Positions 28,192 through 36,901 of a DNA stretch of 64,000 bases are shown piece after piece; within the stretch, counting starts at the first letter, position 1, and each line of letters begins with the position of its first letter. Source of the stretch: Patescibacteria group bacterium (GTDB taxonomy: Bacteria > Patescibacteriota > Patescibacteriia > UBA9570); the NCBI GenBank assembly GCA_041665365.1, contig JBAYIY010000003.1, forward strand, positions 4,260 to 68,259, in the 5' to 3' direction. Position numbers and translations under genes: made by a program. Below the pieces are notes generated by a model. That model saw nothing but the letters and a program-made list of their open reading frames with translations. It was not told where the DNA came from and did no database searches.

Positions 28192-30230
28192 CATTCCTCT
28201 TGCACCAGTTCTTTGGGTATATCCTTTAAAAATCTCGATGGGGCAGTAATTTGAGTAGCCCCATAGACCGTGCGCTGGGCAGCATAAATAAAATAGGCAC
28301 GGCGCTTAGCACGAGTCAGAGCGACATAACACAAGCGGCGTTCTTCTTCCATTTCAGCGGGTTGAAAAATACTGCGGGCATGGGGAAACAAACCTTCTTC
28401 CATACCACAAATAAACACCGTATCAAATTCTAAACCTTTGGCTGCATGCACTGTCATCATATTAACCGCATTAGAGTCATCATTAACCTCGTCTTGATCT
28501 GACACTAAGGTGATATCTTCCAACATGGCTATAATACCATCGGCTCCTAATTTATTATCAAACCGTTTGGTCACCGATTTTAATTCATCAATATTTTCTA
28601 GTCGGCTCAAGTCTTCCGGTAATTTAGTATTATATTGATCTTTGAAGTGGGTTAGTGACACAATTAGATCTAATGATTCAGATGGCGTTAGGGTAGAAAT
28701 TTTTTGGTTGATGGTTTTCATTAGATTTTGAAATTTCAAAAATGCCTCATGTTGTTGGGTGCGTAGTTCAGGTAACGAATCAGGTGTAATGTCTAAATAG
28801 GTGACACCTAAACTGCGGCACTGGGCTTCAATTTTTTTCCAACTATTCGCACCCAAACTGCGCGCTGGTACATTCACAATTCGTTCCACACTCACCCAAT
28901 CTTGGGGGTTAACCACTGATCTTAAATATGCTACCAAATCTTTAATTTCCCGCCGTTCATAAAATTTAATACCACCAATAATGTGATACGGTATATTATA
29001 GCGTAAAAAAGTTTCTTCTAAGGCACGGGATTGAGCATTAGTGCGATACAGTAACACATATTTACGTAAATCAATTTGATGTAATTGTTTTTGAATCGTG
29101 CGTTGTAAAGAAAATGTTTGGCTGGACATGATTTTATCTAATATTCCCGGGGTTGGTTGGGCATCTTCATCAATATAATGTACCTCATCCTGTTCGGTGA
29201 CTGTTTGGGTGGGATTGAATATTTCTTGAATGATATATTCACCTTCTTGTTTTTCATCGCTCACGGCTTTGATGGTGATTTTGTGGCCGCGCTCATTGTC
29301 TGTCCATAGGGCTTTGTCTTTTTGTTTGACATTATATTTAATAATTTCATTGGCGGCTTCTAGAATATGTTGGGTGGATCGATAATTTTGCTCTAATAAT
29401 ATTACAGTGGGGTTTTTATAATCGGTTTCAAAATCCAAAATATTTTGTAGATTAGCACCTCTCCAACTATAGATGGATTGTGCATCATCCCCGACCACAC
29501 AGATGTTATGATATTTTTCCGCTAGCAGGTGGACTAATTTATACTGCGCCTGATTAGTATCTTGATATTCATCCACTAATATATAATGAAAAGCCTCTTG
29601 GTATTTTTTTAATACTTCAGGGTAGTCAGTAAAAATCCGCACAGTTAAACCAATTAGATCATCAAAGTCTAAAGCATTATGATCTTGTAAGGCCTTTTGG
29701 TAAGTGTTATAAACCCCGGCCGCCGTGCGTTCCATGACATTACCGGCTTGAGTGGAAAAATCGGCTGGGGAGATTAAATCATTTTTAGCTTGAGAAATCA
29801 TGTGTTTCATTAAACCTGGTGCAATCACTTTAGTATCTAGACCTTGATCTTTCATCACTTTTTTTATGAGAGAATCGGTATCTGCTGTGTCATAGATCAC
29901 AAAAGTCTTTTTGTAACCCAATGACTCTATTTCACGTCTAAGAATTTGGACACAGACCGAATGAAACGTTCCCATGATGGGATAATATTTAATCTTACTA
30001 CCCAAGAGTTTTTGTAAACGCGTGCGCATTTCTTTAGCTGCTTTATTGGTAAAGGTAACAGCTAAAATATTTTGTGGGGCGGCTTTTTTCTTGGCAATAA
30101 TATAGGCCATGCGGTGAATCAAAGTTTTAGTTTTACCGGAACCAGCGCCTGCCAAAATTAACACCGGCCCATCCGTGGCTTCCACCGCCGCGCGTTGTTT
30201 ATCATTTAATGAAGCTAACAATTCATGCAT
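28191..30230 (-). CDS. pcrA: ATP-dependent DNA helicase PcrA/UvrD
   Basis: AGAGSGKT, VDEYQDTN, VGDDAQSIY, LEQNYRS, TVHAAKGLEF, EERRLCYVALTRA. Confidence 0.95.
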   Translation of the reverse strand: MHELLASLNDKQRAAVEATDGPVLILAGAGSGKTKTLIHRMAYIIAKKKAAPQNILAVTFTNKAAKEMRTRLQKLLGSKIKYYPIMGTFHSVCVQILRREIESLGYKKTFVIYDTADTDSLIKKVMKDQGLDTKVIAPGLMKHMISQAKNDLISPADFSTQAGNVMERTAAGVYNTYQKALQDHNALDFDDLIGLTVRIFTDYPEVLKKYQEAFHYILVDEYQDTNQAQYKLVHLLAEKYHNICVVGDDAQSIYSWRGANLQNILDFETDYKNPTVILLEQNYRSTQHILEAANEIIKYNVKQKDKALWTDNERGHKITIKAVSDEKQEGEYIIQEIFNPTQTVTEQDEVHYIDEDAQPTPGILDKIMSSQTFSLQRTIQKQLHQIDLRKYVLLYRTNAQSRALEETFLRYNIPYHIIGGIKFYERREIKDLVAYLRSVVNPQDWVSVERIVNVPARSLGANSWKKIEAQCRSLGVTYLDITPDSLPELRTQQHEAFLKFQNLMKTINQKISTLTPSESLDLIVSLTHFKDQYNTKLPEDLSRLENIDELKSVTKRFDNKLGADGIIAMLEDITLVSDQDEVNDDSNAVNMMTVHAAKGLEFDTVFICGMEEGLFPHARSIFQPAEMEEERRLCYVALTRAKRRAYFIYAAQRTVYGATQITAPSRFLKDIPKELVQEE

Positions 30231-30311
30231 AGACTGGATAGCATAGCATTACTTTAATTTCATTGACAAATTCACCCGATAGTATTAAATAATCTGACAT
30301 CTGGAGGGAAG

Positions 30312-30629
30312 ATGAAAGAAAAGAGGGGACGCGGTCGGCCTTCTATGGGCAATGAAGCCCGAAACGTCAACGCGGTGGCGAGAGTCACCGCAATGACGTT
30401 GGAAAAGGTTGACCAGGCCGCTGCAGCAGCCGGTGTGTCACGTTCCACCTGGATCGCCGACACCATCGAGCGGGCGTTGTACCCGCCCGTCGTCGGCGAA
30501 GATTGTACTGGGCTCCCGGGTGAGCCCGAGGACAATCACGTCGACCTTGGAGTCGACGTTTCAATTTGTGAGGGAGAGTGTATGGGAGAAGAAACTCCCA
30601 TTCGCTATCTTGATAATGATGAGGAATAG
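30312..30629 (+). CDS. Putative ribbon-helix-helix DNA-binding protein, GC-rich
   Basis: RGRGRP, then KVDQAAAAAGVSRSTWIADTIERAL; GGAGGG before ATG; hairpin 30628-30662 after stop. Confidence 0.55.
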   Translation: MKEKRGRGRPSMGNEARNVNAVARVTAMTLEKVDQAAAAAGVSRSTWIADTIERALYPPVVGEDCTGLPGEPEDNHVDLGVDVSICEGECMGEETPIRYLDNDEE

Positions 30630-30677
30630 GCTTGGGTTGAGTACAAAACACTCCCCAAGCCTAAGTTACATAGTGTA

Positions 30678-30706
30678 TTGACACTGTCATGACAGTATGA
30701 TATGGT
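30678..30706 (+). promoter_or_regulatory. TA promoter with palindromic operator
   Basis: TTGACA-17-TATGGT; ACTGTCATGACAGT at 30683-30696. Confidence 0.75.
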
Positions 30707-30712
30707 GGGTGT

Positions 30713-30997
30713 ATGAACAACATGGATACAATTCAAATTAGAATTGACACAAAAACCAAACAATCCGCTCAGCATGTGTTAGATGAGTTGGGATTAGATA
30801 TGACCTCAGCTATTCGGGTTTATTTAAAACAAATCGTTTTGCAAACTAGTTTACCTTTACGTTTGTTAACGAGTAATGGTTTAACACCAAATGAAGAGCA
30901 GGCTATTCTTGCCGCTTCAACTGAAGCGAAGACAGGGATGAATGTGACGAAACCAATGTCGGTTAAGGCAGCTCTAAAATATTTGGATACCTTATAA
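30713..30997 (+). CDS. RelB/DinJ family antitoxin
   Basis: IQIRIDTKTKQSAQHVLDELGLDMTSAIRVYLKQIV...LP. Confidence 0.88.
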   Translation: MNNMDTIQIRIDTKTKQSAQHVLDELGLDMTSAIRVYLKQIVLQTSLPLRLLTSNGLTPNEEQAILAASTEAKTGMNVTKPMSVKAALKYLDTL

Positions 30998-31257
30998 TGT
31001 ACATTCAGTATCATAAAAAATTTGAGAAACGGTTTACCAAACTAACACCCCAACTCAAACAGAAAGTGAAAAAATGTATTGAACGGTTTGATCAAAATCC
31101 ATTTGATACCCAATTAAGGAATCATGCATTGACTGGAAAATTAATAGGTAAAAGAGCCATTTCTGTAATGGGTGACATGAGGATTATCTTTGAAGAGCAA
31201 AATAATTATGTTTTAGTTATAATGTTAGATGTCGGAACACATAATCAAGTTTATTAA
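30997..31257 (+). CDS. YafQ/RelE family mRNA interferase toxin
   Basis: LRNHALTG, DMRIIF, LDVGTHNQVY. Confidence 0.88.
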   Translation: MYIQYHKKFEKRFTKLTPQLKQKVKKCIERFDQNPFDTQLRNHALTGKLIGKRAISVMGDMRIIFEEQNNYVLVIMLDVGTHNQVY

Positions 31258-31268
31258 AAAATAAATAT

Positions 31269-31652
31269 ATGTACGACGATAACGACCCAAATATAACTTG
31301 GCAGGATCGGTGGGAAGGCGGCGCTCGAGAAGAACGTGTGCATTACCAACAAATGACACCAGATCAACTACTGCAGTGTCTGAACCAACATGATTTTGGT
31401 AGTTATTACAGTCTCTGGTATGTCATTGGAACACAAACCACGCAAGCTGATAAATTTATTTGGCCACTATATGACGTGATTGCCTCTTCGGCTGATTTTT
31501 TAACCCGTTATCATGCCGCTACTAATTTGGCTAAATTACTAAATTGGCCAGACGATCATTCCATTATTAAACAAATTAAATTAAGCCAAGAGCGCCCAAC
31601 TGTGGAGCTAGTAAGCAGTCTTAAAGAGGTATTGACACAAATACCCAAATAA
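31269..31652 (+). CDS. Hypothetical protein
   Basis: 127-aa ORF between the TA pair and secG; no recognised motif. Confidence 0.5.
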   Translation: MYDDNDPNITWQDRWEGGAREERVHYQQMTPDQLLQCLNQHDFGSYYSLWYVIGTQTTQADKFIWPLYDVIASSADFLTRYHAATNLAKLLNWPDDHSIIKQIKLSQERPTVELVSSLKEVLTQIPK

Positions 31653-31673
31653 ACTAGTATCACCTCACTGTTT

Positions 31674-31898
31674 ATGAATCTTGCTTTGATTCTCTCAATC
31701 GCACAAGTTATCGTCGTCGTTATGCTGGTGGCAGCCGTGCTTTTGCAGCAAAAAGGCGTTGGGCTGGGTTCTAGTTTTGGTGGTGGTGATAGTGTGTTTA
31801 CGACCCGCCGTGGTCCTGAAAAAGTCATCTTTAATGCCACGATCGTTTTATCTAGTTTGTTCCTTGGGTTAGGCATTGCTGCCTTTCTTCTCCAATAG
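31674..31898 (+). CDS. secG: Preprotein translocase subunit SecG
   Basis: VLLQQKGVGLGSSFGG...TRRGPEK, two TM helices. Confidence 0.92.
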   Translation: MNLALILSIAQVIVVVMLVAAVLLQQKGVGLGSSFGGGDSVFTTRRGPEKVIFNATIVLSSLFLGLGIAAFLLQ

Positions 31899-31930
31899 AA
31901 TTCAATAGTTTTTTTATCAAATAATTTTGT

Positions 31931-33679
31931 ATGTCTGAAAATCGTCAATCACGATTAGTACTCGGTGTGCCTAAACGACGGCTGCCAACCATGGCGCAAT
32001 TGCGCTATATCAACAACTTACTAACCTTCAAACAACAAATCACAGTGTTGCTTTGTTCAGTTGTATTTGTGGCCGCATTAATTTTTATGGGGGTATATCG
32101 TTATTTAAGTACGACTCATGTTATACCTGAGTATGGCGGTTCATACGTGGAAGCGTTAGTTGGACAGCCACAATATATCAATCCGATTTTGGCGCAAACG
32201 AATGATGTTGATCAAGATTTATCACGCTTGATGTTTTCCGGTATGTTTAGGCAAACTAAAGAGCAGAAACTCGAACCTGATTTAGTCACCGCTTACACTA
32301 TTTCTGACGATCAACTAACTTACACTTTTACAATTCGGCAAGACGCTAAATGGCATGATGGTGAAGCGCTCACCGCCAGCGATGTTATGTTTACCATTCA
32401 AGCCATTCAGGATCCAAATTATCAGAGCCCATTAGAGTCAAGTTTAAGAGGTGTGCAAGCTGAGAAAGTTGATGACAACACTATCAAGCTAACCTTAAAA
32501 GAGCCATTTGCACCATTTTTATCTAGTTTAACTTTTGGTATTTTACCTGAACATATTTGGTTTGATGCTTACAAAGTATCTTCACAAAATATTACCCTAT
32601 CTGAATACAACATCAGACCGATTGGTTCTGGACCATTTATGTTTGATTCGTTAGTCAAAGATGGTAGCGGTGTATTAAAATCATATAAGTTAAAACCGTT
32701 TAAACAGTACTATGGTCAAAAACCATATCTCTCCGCGCTGAGTTTTTCATTTTATAGTGATTTAGATTCAGCCGAGCAAGCCTTACAGCATAAAGAAGTT
32801 GATGGCCTCGGTTTTATAACTCCAGAACAAAAAATTACACTACAAAATAAAGTAAATAATCTTAATTATTACCGTTTACAATTACCCCAATACACAGCGA
32901 TTTTCTTTAATCAAAAGAAATCTGATGTCTTAGCGTCTGACTCGGTGCGTCAAGCGATGGTGTGGGGAGTTGATCGTACCACTATTATTGATCAGGCTCT
33001 CAGTGGTGAAGGCGAGCCGATTTATACACCAATTTTACCGGGTTATTTAGGCTATAATACTGAAGTTGAAAAATATGGCTTTGATTTAGAAAAAGGTAAA
33101 CAAATCTTAGAAGACAATGATTGGAAAATACCAGAAGGTGAGCAATACAGAAAAAAGGGCGATCAAGTATTAGAATTTGGTATTGCCACAGTTAATCAAC
33201 CGGAATTTTTGGCGACACTTAAAGTGCTGCAAGATAATTGGGCAGCTATGGGCATGAAAGTAAACGTTAATGTCTATGAACCAGCCGATATCCAAGAACA
33301 GATTATCAAACCACGTGCTTACGAAGCGCTCTTGTTTGGTGCGATCATCGGGAGTGATCCTGATCCATATGCTTTTTGGCATTCCACGCAAATGTCTCAT
33401 CCTGGTTTAGCTTTGGCCGTGTTTTATCAAAAAAATATCGACGATTTATTGGAAACCGCGCGTAAAACCAGTGATGAAGAACAACGGCGGTTAAAATATT
33501 TTAACTTTCAAAACATTTTAGCAGAAGAAATTCCGGCCATATTCTTATACAATCCTTATTATACCTACGCTATGAACAATAGTGTTAAAGGTATCACTTC
33601 ACAATATATTTCACTACCCTCCGATCGGTTTGTGGATATCCTTAACTGGCATATCAAAACCAAACGGATTAAAAATTAA
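31931..33679 (+). CDS. Peptide ABC transporter substrate-binding protein (family 5), TM-anchored
   Basis: YTFTIRQDAKWHDGEALTASDVMFT, PIGSGPF, VRQAM. Confidence 0.88.
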   Translation: MSENRQSRLVLGVPKRRLPTMAQLRYINNLLTFKQQITVLLCSVVFVAALIFMGVYRYLSTTHVIPEYGGSYVEALVGQPQYINPILAQTNDVDQDLSRLMFSGMFRQTKEQKLEPDLVTAYTISDDQLTYTFTIRQDAKWHDGEALTASDVMFTIQAIQDPNYQSPLESSLRGVQAEKVDDNTIKLTLKEPFAPFLSSLTFGILPEHIWFDAYKVSSQNITLSEYNIRPIGSGPFMFDSLVKDGSGVLKSYKLKPFKQYYGQKPYLSALSFSFYSDLDSAEQALQHKEVDGLGFITPEQKITLQNKVNNLNYYRLQLPQYTAIFFNQKKSDVLASDSVRQAMVWGVDRTTIIDQALSGEGEPIYTPILPGYLGYNTEVEKYGFDLEKGKQILEDNDWKIPEGEQYRKKGDQVLEFGIATVNQPEFLATLKVLQDNWAAMGMKVNVNVYEPADIQEQIIKPRAYEALLFGAIIGSDPDPYAFWHSTQMSHPGLALAVFYQKNIDDLLETARKTSDEEQRRLKYFNFQNILAEEIPAIFLYNPYYTYAMNNSVKGITSQYISLPSDRFVDILNWHIKTKRIKN

Positions 33680-33686
33680 TGTTTTT

Positions 33687-35486
33687 ATGATGCAACAGCA
33701 GTCACATCCGCATTACTTTAGGCGGAAACCTCGCACTATTCAGCGCACAGTTAGTCGTGCTAATGGTGGGCAAAGATTTGTTCAATCACCCAGTGTCGCT
33801 CCGGTGGCAGTGGGCGTAGGCAAACATAAATTACGCGTCGCCATTGTCGGTGGCGCGGAAGAAGTTGGTCGTAATATGACCATGATTGAATATGGCAAAG
33901 ATGTCATATTAATCGATTGTGGTTTACAGTTCCCGGAAGAAGATCAACCGGGCATTGATTACATTATTCCTAATGTGTCATACCTGAAAGGTCGTGAGCA
34001 AGATGTTAAAGGGATCGTTATTACCCATGGTCATTATGATCATATTGGCGGTATACCACATCTGTCACCCGTCCTGCATCATCCACCGATTTACGGTACT
34101 AAACTAACCAACGGTATTATCATGAAGCGGCAGGATGATTTTCCAGATAAAGGCAAAATTGATTTACGGGAAATTAATCCAGATCAACCCATTCAGCTAG
34201 GGATATTTAAATTAGAATTTTTCCGGGTCAATCATAATATTCCAGATTGTGTTGGTATTATTGTGCATACACCAGAAGGCACTTTAGTGCATACTGGTGA
34301 TTTCAAGTTTGATTTACAACCCATCATGGATGAGATCACAGATTTTGCTAAAATGGCCGTGCTTGGTCAACAAGGTGTTTTAGCCTTGTTATCTGATTCA
34401 ACCAATGCTCCATCGGCTGGCCATCAGATTTCCGAAACGGTGATTGGTTATACCTTGGATGAAATTTTCCGCAAAGCTAAAGGGCGCGTAATTGTTGGTA
34501 CGTTTGCTTCACTGTTAAACCGGTTACAACAAGTCATTTGGATTTCGGAAAAGTATGGTCGTAAGATTGTCATTGAAGGTTTCAGCATGAAGAGTAACAT
34601 TGAAATTGCCAAAGAGCTAGGCTACCTGAAAGTGAATCCAAAAACTATTATCACGCCACAGGAAGCCGTGCGATTGCCAGAAGATAAACTCACTATTATG
34701 TGTACCGGCGCCCAAGGGGAGAGTAACGCGGCACTGATGCGCATTGCCACCCGTGAGCACAGATTTTTCCGGATCCAAAAAGGTGACATGGTGATCTTTT
34801 CCTCATCGGTCATTCCTGGCAACGAACGCACCGTGCAACGTTTAAAGGATACCTTACTGAAGGAAGGTGCTAAGGTGATTCATTACGAAATGATGGATGT
34901 GCATGCCGGTGGTCACGCCAAAGCCGAAGATTTGAAATTACTCTATACCTTACTAGATCCAAAATACATTGTGCCAGTGGAAGGTAATCGTTGTTTGTTG
35001 GAAGCCAATAAAACAGTAGCCCTCGAAATGAAATGGCCAGACGAGCATGTTTTCGTGACAACGAACGGTCAGATTATGGAATTTTCTGGTGGTGAAGGTA
35101 GATTAACCAAAGAAAAAATCCCCAGTGATTATGTGATGGTAGATGGGTTAGGTGTCGGTGATGTGCAAGAAGTGGTGCTACGTGATCGCCAATTAATGAG
35201 TGAAGATGGCATGTGCATTATTGTTGTGACGATTAAAACTCAAACCGGCGAAGTGATTGGCGCACCAGAAATTATCACGCGTGGGTTTATCAACATTAAA
35301 GATGCCAAACATTTAATTGATGAAACCCGTGAAAAAGTAAAACGCATTTGCCAGCAAAAACATCCTGAAGCGGCGGCCACTAATCCGCAATTCATTAAAA
35401 ACAAGTTACGTGATGATATCGGGCAATTCTTATTTCAACGCACCCAACGCCGTCCCATGATTTTACCGGTGGTGGTTGAGGTGTAA
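33687..35486 (+). CDS. rnj: Ribonuclease J
   Basis: EEVGRNM, ITHGHYDHIG, HTGDFK, DSTNA, SSSVIPGNE, HAGGH; start at ATG 33687. Confidence 0.94.
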   Translation: MMQQQSHPHYFRRKPRTIQRTVSRANGGQRFVQSPSVAPVAVGVGKHKLRVAIVGGAEEVGRNMTMIEYGKDVILIDCGLQFPEEDQPGIDYIIPNVSYLKGREQDVKGIVITHGHYDHIGGIPHLSPVLHHPPIYGTKLTNGIIMKRQDDFPDKGKIDLREINPDQPIQLGIFKLEFFRVNHNIPDCVGIIVHTPEGTLVHTGDFKFDLQPIMDEITDFAKMAVLGQQGVLALLSDSTNAPSAGHQISETVIGYTLDEIFRKAKGRVIVGTFASLLNRLQQVIWISEKYGRKIVIEGFSMKSNIEIAKELGYLKVNPKTIITPQEAVRLPEDKLTIMCTGAQGESNAALMRIATREHRFFRIQKGDMVIFSSSVIPGNERTVQRLKDTLLKEGAKVIHYEMMDVHAGGHAKAEDLKLLYTLLDPKYIVPVEGNRCLLEANKTVALEMKWPDEHVFVTTNGQIMEFSGGEGRLTKEKIPSDYVMVDGLGVGDVQEVVLRDRQLMSEDGMCIIVVTIKTQTGEVIGAPEIITRGFINIKDAKHLIDETREKVKRICQQKHPEAAATNPQFIKNKLRDDIGQFLFQRTQRRPMILPVVVEV

Positions 35487-35499
35487 AAAACACGAACCG

Positions 35500-35541
35500 T
35501 TGTCCGGTAGAGACATGCCATAGCATGTCTCTACCGGACAA
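35500..35541. repeat. REP-like palindrome (GTAGAGAC...GTCTCTAC, 19-bp arms) between convergent genes
   Basis: TTGTCCGGTAGAGACATGC-CATA-GCATGTCTCTACCGGACAA. Confidence 0.85.
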
Positions 35542-35547
35542 AAACAT

Positions 35548-36813
35548 TTATTTCAATGGATCAACCATTCTACCCATGAATAAAATATTTCCGCTTTGGT
35601 TGTCAAGAATAATAAAAACAAACGGATGATCAGCGCGAAACACCGGTATTTCAGTTTGTGCGGCTGACAATGACGTAGTTACACCAGTCGCAGCGGCAGC
35701 TTCAGTGCCGGCTTCATTTACATCAATAAACGCTTGATGAATGACCGATTGGATAAATAAATCTTTAGTTCCATCCATACCAGAAAAATCAGCGTTTGTA
35801 GAAAAAGCCGTTGGCATGCCCATGGCCTTTAAGGTGTCATTCAAAGTATATTTTGTATCCAGGGTGAATTTTGGTAGATAGACATCAACTAGTTGTTCAT
35901 TCAGGCTAGCTTTCCAAGCATCAAGTTGTTTTACAGAGAGTGATGATTCTAATATTGAGAGATCATTGGTTTTGGGTAGTAAAACCAACATCGATAATTG
36001 TTTACCTTGATAGGGGAGTTCAAGCACCTGAGTGGTAACATCAGCCACATAGCGAAATTTTGTTGCGGTGTTGGTTTGCTGCATCATGGGAACGCGCACA
36101 GTTTCAGTAGAGGAGATATTAAAATTCTCTTCGCTGGTGTCAGTTTGGTTAAACTGTGTTAACCACTCACCTTTAAAATATACCGCATTGGTTAATACCA
36201 ATTTGGTTATTTCAGAAATTGTACCATTCGGAAAAAGATCTTTAATTTTATCATTGGTTTTGTCTGCCACCCAGGTGTTAATAGTATTCCTGGATGCTTC
36301 TGGATTATTGGCAAAATCCAAATTGGTGGCTTCACCGCCAAAGTATTGGTGTACTGTATTTAAATAATCAGCCTGCAATTTATAATCTTGTTGTACCCAT
36401 AAAGCATTGGCGACATTAAATTGATAATCAGTGTTAGTAGTGGTCAGTCGATCATTCAGTGCTTGATAGGCAATGCGCCGATCAGTTTCATCAGTTGGAA
36501 ATTGAAAGACCGCTTGCATTTCTTTAGCAGTGTTACCTCGAGCGCCTTCATAAACCATGGCAAACGCTGTAGACAAACTATATGGGGAAAAGAACACATT
36601 ACCAGAATCATTTTTTAATTGATTATAAAGATTAAAGGCAAATCCATTATTTACATCAACCACGGCCGTAGCACAAGCCAAGGCTTTATTATTATTGGTT
36701 GTGGCACTGGGAGATTTAATAAATGGGTTGTTTTTACTAAAATAAATTAAAACATCAGCACAAACAATAGCAACTAGGGCAAGTACCATAATGACCAGAA
36801 TTTTCTTTTTCAT
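35548..36813 (-). CDS. Serpin (serine protease inhibitor), exported or anchored
   Basis: NVFFSPYS, LVLTNAVYFKGEW, hinge EAGTEAAAATG, FRADHPFVF...ILFMGR. Confidence 0.95.
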   Translation of the reverse strand: MKKKILVIMVLALVAIVCADVLIYFSKNNPFIKSPSATTNNNKALACATAVVDVNNGFAFNLYNQLKNDSGNVFFSPYSLSTAFAMVYEGARGNTAKEMQAVFQFPTDETDRRIAYQALNDRLTTTNTDYQFNVANALWVQQDYKLQADYLNTVHQYFGGEATNLDFANNPEASRNTINTWVADKTNDKIKDLFPNGTISEITKLVLTNAVYFKGEWLTQFNQTDTSEENFNISSTETVRVPMMQQTNTATKFRYVADVTTQVLELPYQGKQLSMLVLLPKTNDLSILESSLSVKQLDAWKASLNEQLVDVYLPKFTLDTKYTLNDTLKAMGMPTAFSTNADFSGMDGTKDLFIQSVIHQAFIDVNEAGTEAAAATGVTTSLSAAQTEIPVFRADHPFVFIILDNQSGNILFMGRMVDPLK

Positions 36814-36850
36814 AACCGTAATTCTATCCTAATGAAACCTACGATGCAAC

Positions 36851-36879
36851 TTGACGAAAGGGATTTTTTTTGCTACAAT
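36851..36879 (+). promoter_or_regulatory. sigma70 promoter of the large surface protein gene
   Basis: TTGACG-17-TACAAT with extended TG. Confidence 0.6.
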
Positions 36880-36901
36880 ACACCTTAATAATCCTTCAAT
36901 C

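Noticed and set aside
30272-30681. Three alternative ORFs overlapping 30312-30629
   Set aside because: Expected from local high GC; only 30312-30629 has an SD and a plausible fold
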